Assembly (NCBI GenBank): GCA_001599295.1
Contig: BCGN01000006.1
Span: 1,240,001 to 1,304,000 of the forward strand
Reading direction: 5' to 3'
Length of the DNA stretch: 64,000 bases
From: Sporopachydermia quercuum
Taxonomy: Eukaryota
The position numbers were made by a program, and so were the translations under genes. Under the pieces are notes generated by a model that was not told the origin of the DNA, searched no databases, and worked only from the letters and a program-made list of their open reading frames with translations. Positions 34,301 through 44,971 of this stretch are shown piece after piece; position 1 is the stretch's first letter, and every line of letters begins with the position of its first letter.

Positions 34301-34953
34301 ACCTGTTCCGTCTGTCGTCCAGCGGAGCAGATGTTCAAACAGCTTATGACGACGTCACTGACAGTTATAACCTACTGGGGGAGCTCCCTACCACGCAGAT
34401 GCTGGCCGCCACACGATTGCTGCTCCCCGAGACCGTTTCCACCGAATATGACCCGCACACTGGATTAGGCCTCCCCTGGGGCTACATCAACATCGCCAAC
34501 GGGTTGCATTCGGTAGAGGCGCTTATGAACCAGTTACAGCTCTGTCATCACATCACCAGGAGCCGGGGAACTTACTTGCACCGCAGGAAAAACCTCTGGG
34601 TATATTTGAACCGGCAGGCTCTGCAGGACCTCTATTCACGGTACATCAAACCCCGGGCGGAAGTACTTGACCTTCTGCAGTTCTGCAACTATCGTTTCTG
34701 GGTCCTGAAATATCTTCAGCAGCAGCAGCAGCAGCAGAATGCACGGGAAGTGTTTGAAGTGTTACTGAAGTGCACAGTCATACAGAAAGGCCTTTATGAG
34801 GATAAAAGCCTGTGCCGCGCATTCTGTGTGGATTTGGGCATTGAAGTCGATGTCTTTTCGCCTTTAGTTGAGTTGAACGTTGGTGACAACGTGCTGTGCA
34901 CGGAGGTGGTGGCTTTGGATCCTATAAATGACTGTATTATACTCTCCTTCTAA
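31339..34953 (+). CDS. Mitochondrial RNase II/RNB-family protein (Dss1/Cyt-4-like), apparently catalytically degenerate
   Basis: Basic presequence-like N-terminus with RxFS; RNB-like motifs AISF..LFIHLIDVT, LLPE, CITI, LAGE..NNVPVLFRSQ, PHTGLG..GY; C-terminal S1-like region. Confidence 0.7.
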   Translation: MLFVYKRVFSKTKKTLNIVQANRQIKITVTSAQFSPVFNPSSANCRXFSNTACHSGVKDFFDKPLKFWLSSKSAEPENSQSFSKEHQLQKPRISSGRPVDTYRIYRALADAYRPDPSAINRSAIAALVDVDPYFNEPKPNSQLKRGSFIEALDANGNLTIGILLPQIASIDTLQVDVLTVRGTCISIPISNITVSFEPFINIKALNNSANYPDIVHVINIFLKYSLSLFKSHVRHYLSAAHSTFAKDDVAVTFELPEIANYILSNAPAIPDSRKFKLHGIYFATHIGXCRSPGQYMVLNTQLYPGCLLNTQNNQLSWLAMNKTAHNLQLFGTKYMVTSIAISTAYSTVMTEFHRDNNAKQFDLFVKGMKSIMKIAEEGERKREIEFLREINKYNSILTLMIYFLLYPHPELVRFIDKLVNMFKEGEMEEKQQGKEETGDGFRSTHSAKFDINGNINDNINSNANTANTSVNTTSSTTTITTTTTTTDTNPSNPTITMPYSAFDSASTSSYKLFNSAYLKPIDELKASIYEILLKSTVLTSLSDPFIASQLIGTSSSLLNDDITDRATPVFNEFKFSNGNGSGTGTFKNATDQTVSNSSKAAVATENWYLPHKTKRSPHIIVLPSETFRAMGKPHLSDTAISFQTEGSTIRLFIHLIDVTNIITPLHELFEAALYRVKTSILFNPESSNYTSTTXLGLPIACLSLLPEDVLESAAFNESLWEETIRKEAFQQSGRQFYCSNTELETDQFKXCITIEAVYDSWQSDPWKLKDYSLKFTRLKYKDMFFLKYNSMLDIIENRGWGTLPAYYLPSHEEGETSASINNGNSMSNANDAKSQPVLSTETKSTFKLAPLFSVSSGRSTKLDPFGFNEEVPPGIRTVLLQFVGHISSRFWRRIDRHPLESSLVPAKLAVGPDSSPGESAGFSVLQLETGQEVMTNKFLRELGYLAGEISGRYATENNVPVLFRSQNLVPDLPRALKAAEETSSSSYDLFRLSSSGADVQTAYDDVTDSYNLLGELPTTQMLAATRLLLPETVSTEYDPHTGLGLPWGYINIANGLHSVEALMNQLQLCHHITRSRGTYLHRRKNLWVYLNRQALQDLYSRYIKPRAEVLDLLQFCNYRFWVLKYLQQQQQQQNAREVFEVLLKCTVIQKGLYEDKSLCRAFCVDLGIEVDVFSPLVELNVGDNVLCTEVVALDPINDCIILSF
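32690..32825 (+). repeat. Asn/Thr low-complexity (AAT/ACT) tract inside RNB gene
   Basis: Encodes NGNINDNINSNANTANTSVNTTSSTTTITTTTTTTDTN; a (CAG)7 tract also lies at ~34717-34737. Confidence 0.8.
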
Positions 34954-36789
34954 ATAAGTGCCAGTTGCTAAGTACTAAACAATCAGTGGTAAGTATTAAA
35001 GCTTCCTTTCCTTCTATGCCATTTCCAATGTCATATTCCTGTATATATGAACGTGAATAAAATGTGAATAACAGAACCGGATTCATTTTCGGATATATGC
35101 TAATAGCTGCTGCACCATACACCATACACCATCAGAAACAAATTGCGAAGTCCCAAGTGTATAATAACAGCATTCTATTAGGATTTAATCCTGTAAGTTA
35201 TTGGAACGAGAGTTTATATTTATTTGATGAAATATATGATTACAAGAGGGTATATAATAACTCCACGTATGAGAAGGTCATATAATAATACCTGGAGACT
35301 GTCCTATCACTCCTGGGAATGATTACAATTGGTTATTAATGAAGGTGAAAAAAGGGGAAAGAAGGGGAAGGTGATCAAATGTTTATGATAAAACAGCAGC
35401 AGGTTGAAATTATGTTCTTCGTTAATAGCTTTTCTGTTGATAGCTTTTCATTTAATACTCTTTCAGTTCATAGCTTTCCTGCTAGCCATTTTTTCTCTAT
35501 TTAGCACGTTCAACATCTCTTATACCTCTACCTCTATAGTTCACTGCGTTTCCGGCAGCAAATCCAGAATCTAACATCTAAATCACCGATATCAGGGGTT
35601 CCAGTAACAGCTCCCTTGCTCAATAAGAAAACAAGGGCTCTGTTTCGATCCCCACAGCTGCAGATAAAAATATCACCATCCAACACAATCAGTAGAGATA
35701 GGCTTCTGAAGTGTCCGATTTATTCCTTCACACTCAGAGTGGCAGTTACTATCTACCTTCAGCAATTAGTTGAGATAGAGATGCTTAAGGAATGTAAGGA
35801 GACAACAACGATTTCCTTATGTTACCTCCAGCATATGACATGGATTCTGAAGAGCAGATCCTCTTGTTAGAGTAATCTTTTTGTTCTACACGTTAAGCAA
35901 GTATTTATTATAGAGCATCATTCTAATTATACAGCCCTTATGTCAAGATCAATTTCGCTCCATGAATCTCTGCGGCATAGAAATTTCTATCCATTAGAAT
36001 AATGATTTCAGGCTCCCAGTAGATTGAATTCTCTTATGAGAAACCCCCGATATGAATAAGATGAATGATGAAGATAATGAAACACAATTGATGGTATTTA
36101 CTCAATGTGAACATAGAGGCACCAGGGAATGACATCAAAAGCTCTCCAATACTACCAACAANCCTAGTTATGAAAGTAGTATCATTAGTATTAATATTAC
36201 TGTCAATATTGTAATTGATGACCACGCAGACTGACATTACCAGACCAGTAAATCAGCATCTTCTGATCTTTCTGTTTATCCTCTCGCTAAATTTGTATCA
36301 TATTACAGTAGAAACAATTAGGCTTACCGCTCAGAATATCTCCGTCCTCTTCTTCATCTTCATTAATCCCGCTCGTATTCGTATTATTTCCTCTGCTTCG
36401 CAATCTTCTTCATCGATATAGTAAAATATAGCAAAACTGAAACTCTCTCCAAGCTCTTTCTACCACGAGGAAATTCAGGATCGTTGTTTCCACTATAACC
36501 AATTGCAGTACCAGCAATTGCCCCTAATGGAGTCCTCCTAACGAGCAAATCCTTAATTTGGATACCCCAAGTAAAACCTAGCATTAACACAATCTACCTC
36601 ATGAACAATTAGCAAAGGACTATCGACAAAAANCCTTCTGGTATCACCGGCAGCTTTTATACAGAAATAACGATGATTAGCATATTCTTGNTGTTTTTTT
36701 GCTTTGCTATTTCTACGCATTGCTCAAAATATCCTAGTCGTATTTATTGTTTATCCAACGCGCTATTTAAATACTGCAGTATGATATCT

Positions 36790-37830
36790 TCTAACGTACT
36801 CCAAAAGAGATTTTGATTTTTTACCTCAACAGGGGTTTGAATAGAGAGATAGCAAAAGGTGTGGTTCTTTCAGACAAATAGCTTGTATACTTTAGAACTT
36901 GCACAGTTCTGTCCTTTCGAAGAATAGTTTTAGGAGCGTAAAACAGACCGTAGTTGCAGCATGGAATGAATGATGGTCGAGAAGAGATTTGTTTCTGTTT
37001 CTGCTGTTGTTGTTCTTCTTCTTTATTGTCAATTGGCTGTGAGAACGCTTTTTGGTCAAATTCTTCTAAGTCTTCGTGAAGAACGATTCAACCTTGAATG
37101 ATTGGAGAACTGAAGATTCGACCATCAATAGAGAACTTGCCATTGGCGATTCGGTTAGAGAGTCTGCTGGGACTCTTCCGACAGTTGTTCCAAAATCAAG
37201 GTTGTTGGCGTAGATTTCTTCTGGAGATTCAAACGACGTAATTAGAGCTTTTCCTTCCCGGTTGAGTTTCATGTTATTAGCGTTTTTTTGTTGTTGTTTT
37301 TTGTTTTCTGTTTTCTTTTAGTGTAGCGCCCCTTCTTATGAAGGTGACTGCGAGCTTCCCTTTGGGAGAGATTAGTGTGTAAGTTTGACCGTTAACGGTA
37401 GTTTGAGTGTAGTGAAAAGTGGTGAACATTGTTATCGTTTACGGTCAATTTTATATTTCCCTTGCAATGATGAATCGATTACTGTTACCTTCGCTTCTTT
37501 CATGAATTCTGATGCTCTTTTGAAGCATTATGTACGATGTAGTAGTATTTTTATTTGATGGTGATATATTAATTAATGATGTCGTCAGTATGAGAGATAG
37601 ATGTTGTACTGATCCTGTATGAGAATTGATATATCAATTGCCAACGAANCTGGTACGCGGCGTAGTCCATCCCGAATAATTGGATTGACGGCTGATGCTG
37701 ATTTCACTTGATTGTATTTACCTTGTAGTCTGTTCTTTCTGGAATAGTATCATGTTCGGATCTTCTGGCGGCAATAGTGATAATATATCAAACCTACCAA
37801 CACTATCACTCTTATTACTAGTACATCCAT
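36790..37830 (+). ncRNA. Candidate ~1 kb structured non-coding RNA (identity unknown)
   Basis: Many nested long-range helices with G.U wobbles on the plus strand; TATA-like TATTTAAATA at 36764; no credible ORF. Boundaries approximate. Confidence 0.5.
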
Positions 37831-37923
37831 ACTATTACTATTAACATTAATTCTTGTACTATTAATTCTAGTNCCACTAGTAGTACTACTATCAATCCCC
37901 GTACCGATCCCAATAACCGACGC

Positions 37924-38502
37924 CTAGAACAGCTTCAATGCTCCCGTCACCTGATCTAGCACAGCTTTTGGCGCAGGACCCAATCCTAGCACTGTGGCGC
38001 TACCAGCAGCAATCTGCGTGCGGCCCGCATCGTGAATGACCCTGGCATTAATTCCCATCGACATCGCTTGCGCATACAGCATGTCCATCTCTTCCGAGTT
38101 TGGCACGGCCAATGTGATCTTCGCCTGTCCACCGCGTTCCCATCTTTGAAGCAACGCTTGAGATTCCGGTGATCCGTCTAGTAAAAGNTTTTTATAACAA
38201 GCCAAAGCAGCATGCGCACACTGAGCTGCTGCTTTTCCTTTGCCCATTCGCAGATCTGTTCGCACTATCAGCGCCATNCGGCATTCGCCTGGAATCTGGG
38301 AAAACGGGACGTCCGCGTCGCCTATAGGCTCGTATTCTGCGTCAGATTCGTAGTCGCTGTCGCTATCGCTGGACTCTATCTCCTGCAGACTGCTGCTGTG
38401 TGAGATTTGATGCCAGGGAAATATCTGGCCCAAGAGATATCCCGTCACTAAAGAGATTGCACACCCTGTGGCTAGGTTGGACATGTTTGGCTGGATGTAC
38501 AT
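37924..38502 (-). CDS. PTH2: Peptidyl-tRNA hydrolase 2
   Basis: N-terminal TM anchor; MALIVRTDLRMGKGKAAAQCAHA, GQAKITL, IHDAGRTQIAAGSATVLGLGP. Confidence 0.95.
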   Translation of the reverse strand: MYIQPNMSNLATGCAISLVTGYLLGQIFPWHQISHSSSLQEIESSDSDSDYESDAEYEPIGDADVPFSQIPGECXMALIVRTDLRMGKGKAAAQCAHAALACYKXLLLDGSPESQALLQRWERGGQAKITLAVPNSEEMDMLYAQAMSMGINARVIHDAGRTQIAAGSATVLGLGPAPKAVLDQVTGALKLF

Positions 38503-39036
38503 TGTATGAGCAGATTATATGGTTTATATGGTTTCAGGGCGTTGAGAGTTTGTTGATGTCAGGTAATTTTGGGTGATTTGGACCAATTAAAGCAATTCCT
38601 GGCGTTTGACTGATTTGCTGAGGCATTATTAACGGTGATTGACGCTGATTGAACTGATAACTATAAGGTCTCGTATAGAAAAAATGATTTGTGTGAGTTT
38701 CATCGTATAAATGTCCCATAATAGGTGTTTTACTAGTAGTAGCTGTGGGAATACAAAAATATTTGTGTCCCATTTCGGGTTTACTTTCCATCAGTCTATC
38801 TCACCACACTATCTACAAAGGATAAGACCATAATCGGCACTCTTACTATTATCAATCAATTTATCTAGTAAATATCAAGTAAAGAGACAATTAGAATACT
38901 GCATATAACTTCAGTTTCATACTAACGACGGTCTGTCCAGCAAAATCAACAAATGGCCAAACTTTGCTGAAACAACACACTATCGTTATCACTGTCACTA
39001 TAACGATCAGAGCAAGAACAATCAGGAACAACCGGC

Positions 39037-39793
39037 ATGGATGTCATTGATAATCTGCTATCAAAAGAGGAGAAGAGTTTGGCAAAAGTGAGTGAAAACA
39101 GAACTTTTATTATTCTACTATTTGGATATCCAACTATCCTAACGATATCACCATGTGCTTTTTCTGCTCTTCTCTTTTCACTCTACTTTATTCCATTTCC
39201 TTTTATCTCTACATACTAACCATAAGTAGGACGCCGAGATTGATAGAATTCTCAGCGCTTTCAAATTGGACGCCTACTCAATTTTAGACTTACAACCTGG
39301 TTGCTCAACCTCGGATATCAAGAACACCTACAGAAAGAAATCACTGCTAATCCATCCGGATAAAACATCCAATCCAAGAGCTCCTGATGCATTTGCAATT
39401 CTAAAAAAAGCAGAATCGACACTGCAAAATGAAGAGGAACGAGAAAAACTCGATGCTGTGTTCGTTGATGCACGAAGAATCCTTCTGAGGGAAAAGAAAT
39501 GGACTATCAACGACGAAAGGATTACTGGCGAAGAGTTTCTGAAAGAATGGAGAGGGAAAGTGAAAGAAGAGTTGGTAGACGCTGAACTTCGGAAAAGAAG
39601 AGCAATGAAACGTCAAATGGAAGAAGAAGGTCGTCAGAGGAAACAGGAAGAAGAAGAGGCAATGAAACGCAAGAAACAGAAGCAAGATGCTCAAGATTGG
39701 GAAGAAACACGAGATACTCGTGTAGATAACTGGCGACAGTACCAGAAGAAAATTCAGAAGAAAAAGAAGAAGGTGAGCTCCGTGCTTGCATAG
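39037..39793 (+). CDS. J-domain protein, DNAJC8/Spf31-like
   Basis: Exon 1 39037-39087, intron GTGAGT..TACTAAC..TAG 39088-39229, exon 2 39230-39793. EIDRILSAFKLDAY, YRKKSLLIHPDK, WEETRDTRVDNWR. Confidence 0.9.
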
Positions 39794-40475
39794 AGAGAAC
39801 TGCTTGTCCGGTGATGTTTAGATGATTGAAGTACTGAAAGATGAATTAGAACGTGATTTCATGTTACTTCGTGTAGTTTCGTGCGCTTTCGTGCTTTCGT
39901 GATTGCGTGTTTCGTGTGCATTTAGGTGCATTTATATGCAGTGTTAGCTTTCTTTGTAGTGTAAATTAATGAGAATAATGATATAATAATGTGCTATAAC
40001 AGAAGATGAATCGTATAGTGAATACAACAGGAGAACAGGAAATAACAGGAAAGAACTAGGAACTAGTCAATAACGATAGCATGAATGAATGAATGAACGA
40101 GTGTGTAAAAATGAACAAAACAAACGATCTGGGTACTTAAGGAACTAAACTGGGCTAAGCAGACATTAAACATAAAACAATGAGACGACCATATAACAAT
40201 AGTAGTAATAGTAATAGTAATAATAAAACAATACAGAATAAAAGAAATCAATATAAAAGGAAACGATATAAACTGATATAAATAGAGCCAAAATGAAATT
40301 AGATGAAAAAGAAAATGAAAGTAAGAAGTAAGTAAAAGAAAGTATGAATGAACCAGAAATCATTGAACACTCCTTGCTGCAGCGAGGAGCGTCTACTAGG
40401 TAAGTAATAATTACAATCAACGCATTTGATTCTCCTCCAAAACATCTTCACCATTGTTTATCTGTTTTAATTTAT

Positions 40476-41965
40476 TTATTCTTTCGATGGTTGTGAAGTT
40501 GTATTTTCTCCGTGCGTTGCTTCTTTGCTACCGGTGGTATCTTCTGTTTCTGTTACATCTTTGATATCAGCTTTCACATCACCACTCTCCTCATCATCAT
40601 CAAGTAAGGTGACTCCACCTGCTCGTTCGCTGTTTCCACTTAAAGCTCCTAGATTGGCCAAAATAGAGCCNGCAGACCTTCTATCGAGATAGATGACACC
40701 ACCTTCTCTAGAAATATTTGAACCGGACAGAATAGCTTGTAAAGACATAGAGTCAACATCATTCATTTCAACATCTTGATCCTCTTCGGTATGGTGCAGA
40801 TGTTCAGCACCGTATAAAGACGTCACTACCGGGTTTTCGCTTAATTGTGGGGCCACAGGGCCATCGTTCGCTTCCACTCGTTCCACAATCATGTCGTACC
40901 ATTCCTCTTTGGTTTTACCGTTTAATATAGCAACAATCACAACAGACATGTTATCACAACCAATACCTGATCCTGATGATGCCGGCGCCAAGCAGCAATC
41001 CATCAAGGTCTCACAGATCTTTTCCAAAGGCTGACGATTAGCAATTTCTCTTCGTACTATTTCTACAGTTTCTTGAGACGTTAAACAGTCCCAGATACCA
41101 TCACAAGCCAGAATCAAAAACTCGTCGTTAGGGGTAATGGAATGAACAATGACGTCAGGGAATGCAGTGACCATTTGTTCTTCTGGAGGTAATGAAGGAG
41201 ATTTCTTGAATTCAAAGTCACCGATAGCCCTACTCAAAGCCAAGTTACCGTTTACTCTTCCAATTTCAACAAATCCACCGGCGGCAGCAATACGAGATTT
41301 CTCGCCTTCGTTTGACGGTTTATGATCAAAAGAAAGAGCCTTGGCAACACCTCTAGCTCCCAAAACAGTTCGGGAATCACCAGAGTTACCAGCGTAGATT
41401 CTATTGTCGGAAATTAAAACGGTAGTGGCTGCACAACCTGATACTTCGTTTTTCATACTGGGGTCTGCTAAAATGGCTCTGTCTGCTGAAAGGAATCCAT
41501 CCTTCAACGCTTGGATATAATCTTTTCGATGGAAAGCTGGTTGTTTGGCAATGATGTTATGAAGGTATTGTCCCGTGAATATTGCTACCTTATCACCTCC
41601 GTGACCATCGTAGACACCAAAGAAACTGATTTTGCTGGCCTTCTTGCTCGATTTTTCGTTGCTATTGACTTCTACGTCTGTTTTCTCCTTGTCTGTTTCG
41701 TTATGATGTTTGTCTACATCAGGGAGTGGGGAATAATCAGGCTTCAGGTCTAGAACAGCAGCATGAGCATCTTCCATACTAATCCTCCATCCTTGCATGG
41801 ATGAGATTCCATAGTAGAATGATTCATCGCCACCGGTCTCGCTTTGCTGTATTTTGTTAGTATTCATTATAATTCGCAAGGTGATATTAACCATTCAATC
41901 AACCTCCTGTTTCCAGTTATTAACCATACCTTTTCCGTGATCGGTTGAGAAAGAATTTGACCCAT
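40476..41965 (-). CDS. PTC2: PP2C protein phosphatase Ptc2/Ptc3
   Basis: Exon 1 41965-41930 (MGQILSQPITEK), intron GTATGG..TACTAAC..CAG 41929-41847, exon 2 41846-40476. SMQGWRISMEDAH, VYDGHGG, LACDGIWD, GCDNM. Confidence 0.95.
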
Positions 41966-44900
41966 ATTTCGTTATTATAGTGCTATTACTATACTGTATA
42001 CTATTATTGTCTCAAACCTGCTTCTCTATCAGCCAGACATATACTTGAGTCTCTATCAAATCGTCTCTACTCTAAACAAGTTAAAGGTCTCCTCTAATCA
42101 GTCTAAGAACAGTCAACAAAATATTGAAATATATGTATATATGTCAATTGGATATACAATGATTTCTCTTGCTGACTATGAACAGATTAAATTCTCAATA
42201 TGTTAACGTGCGTAGGGATGTTGCTGATAGATAATCGGCCGTCTGATCAACGCCAACAACTTATCACAAGAGGGGGAAGGTTAGCTTGAAACTCCAAGGC
42301 TTGTGAGAGGACAAAACTACTTATATTTTAGTTCTGGAAGCTGGGAGAGAAGGTAGATGGGAAACAAAAACTATTACCGTAATAATAGATTGATGATGGG
42401 GTATTTTATTGCTTGATATTGTCTAAATGCCGGATATAAATGATAAAAAATGATAATTGGCAGCTGTCTCAGTGACAGTGTTGTTGTCAGAGGTGAAGGT
42501 TTTTCTTTTTTTGTGTGTGTTTCTTAGATTACAATATGTGGTTCAATGATTTTGGTGAGGTGTTTGGTCACCAAAGAGGCAAAATGAGGCTCGGCAGAGT
42601 GATAGGGGGTATGAAATGGGAAATGTTTGTGGCGCAAGAGATGTAATGGGGCGAATTGTTAAGGAGAAGGGTTCAGTGATAGAGTAATCTGAAAATACAA
42701 GTGCGAGACCTTTTTGAGTTGGAGCAAAGGAGCAAGTTTCACCACAGAGAGACTGGAGGTGGAGAAAGGGTGGAGAAGCAATTGAATAGATGTGTTGTGT
42801 TACAGAACCTAGGAAGTTTGGTTATCATGTTTCTGATTGTAAGTTCAATACTGAATAGTCAATATTTGATGCTTTATTGCTGACTAATGTACTTTGTTGA
42901 TACAAAATCTAAGCCTATCGTGATTTATTGTAATCTATCATTTCCAGTAATTTAACTTATCGTTTCTGAGTGATGACGATTGTTCCCTAGTGATCACTGC
43001 ATAGTTAGATGATTTGATCTATGGGTCAAATAACATGGTAAGTAAAGAAAATGGTTAGGGAATGTAGGGGTGTGAATAATGCGNGATAATGTATGAGAAA
43101 CAAGAGAAAAAAATAACTGTTGGAGTTATTCGATAAGAATAGGCATATGTAGGTTCTTTGACTCGCATATTACGCTCGAAAGAACGGAAAGCAATTTCAA
43201 CAAAAGTGTAAATTTCATATCTTTTGGTTTGAACGAGGTTTGGTGATCTATTCCAAAGTCATAGATTATCCTACTTCTTTTCCGCTATTTGTCAGGATTT
43301 CAATCGTTAAGCCAATCAATAAGTCAAACATACATTAAAGTTCCAGGAGTCGAAGAACGACTTATCTACTACTGCGTCCAATGTAGGGCACTCTGAGCGA
43401 ACAGGATTTGTCAATATTATGTACCTATTACGCATACTACATCTTTTATTCTTTCGCTTAAATCTGAAGTATATAGAGAAATAGTTTTCTAGGTGTTTTT
43501 TCTAGAAATTCTCGAATCAAATGATACTGCCGTTCTGGAGATTTCCCTACTCCAAAGAAGCGTCCCCAGTAAGGTTAAAGTTGAGACTATTATATGCAAG
43601 TGAACCCCAAAGAGGTGTCAAAGTAACCTGTTGAATTATTAAGGCAAGTTGGTTAATCAATCGATGACATCAGCTAATGATACTAAGATGTCTTATTGTG
43701 AAAGCTGGCAGCTGGAGTTTATCAGTTAATCGTTAAATGCCGCCGGAGAGAAGGGCCACGCACACTGGCAATGGTGCATCAAACTGAAAGCAATCTATAA
43801 ATCAATTGACAATATAATTACTATGGGTCGCTCTTTGGTAATTAAGGATAGTTAAATATGTATGCGTCCCAAACAGACTACTAATCTAATGAAATCAACG
43901 TAGATTGCAAGCAACAGGAAGAAAAGCTATCAGCATATCTTTTGAGTATTTCTGTGATTTAACCAAACAAATGAATAAATCCGTAATATTCCGTAATAGA
44001 AGACCGGGAATTGTGAGATTCTCAAGCTAAGCAATTCAAACCCAATAATGACATCTTTGGTACTTTACCAAACTTCGGGTTAATTCATGCTTGTTCGATG
44101 CTCATTATCCTCATGCGGAAGGATTTGAAGGTCGTTAAACCATGCATTCCTGTTCATACAATAAAATGTTGGTAATAATTGCCCTTCACCAGTACTGTCA
44201 GAGAGCATATATTCTTCATCAATATTGGCGAAAATAAGAAAAGACCTCAAAACGATTTCTCTACATTTGAGGGTTTCACATTTGCTTATCGTTTTCTATA
44301 CGGCTGGGTTCCATGTTTTCATAGTTCTGAATCAGTGTATTTTAAAGGACAAGCATTGCATGTCTGGCTTCCTAATCAGTCCTGCATGCCGACGTAATAA
44401 ATAGCTTTTTAAAAAGGATTCTCAGCCCCAGCTGATAGCCAATCGAATTTTTTCTATGCCTCCCTGACGGAACAGCTGCTAACTAACACACTCCCCCCAA
44501 CATATGATGGACCAGTCTATCAGAACGATCTTCGTGAATAACAAATAAAATACTTTCATGAAGTAAAATGTTTGATTCGCAGGACTTCAATTCTTATATT
44601 TAATTAGTTATAAAAATTAGCTTCACTCCTCGCACCTGCATTTTTCAGTTACCCTTGTTATCCTCTAAGGAGACTGACCACCACCGTACTGACGTGTAGC
44701 AGCGGATCCCTTGCATATAGTTCCCATTGCAAGCCAATTTCATTCTCTACTTTGCGCACAAACGTCGTCCATCTTCCCTAAAGATTTCGCGCTATATATA
44801 CTCCCATTTTCCTTTCACTTATCAAGTCTTGACCAACTATATCTACATATATTCTTACCTTCCAAATGCATAGAATGCAAATTTAATCAAATTCATTTAT

Positions 44901-44971
44901 TAAGTTCATGTTAGTTTTATTTGACTAAACTTAATCAGTTATCATCTTTTCCGAACTTACCAAAATTCCAA

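Noticed and set aside
35540..37272. Minus-strand protein-like fragments (36034-36237, 36384-36590, 37066-37272) as a spliced gene or pseudogene
   Set aside because: Fragments cannot be joined without several frameshifts or stops, and no family is recognisable. The downstream part is better explained as the antisense of a U-rich structured RNA.
36468..37490. RNase P RNA-like snippets (GGAAATTC 36469, GTTGTTCC 37184, CGATTACTG 37476)
   Set aside because: The CR-I/CR-V consensus and P4 pairing are not properly satisfied.
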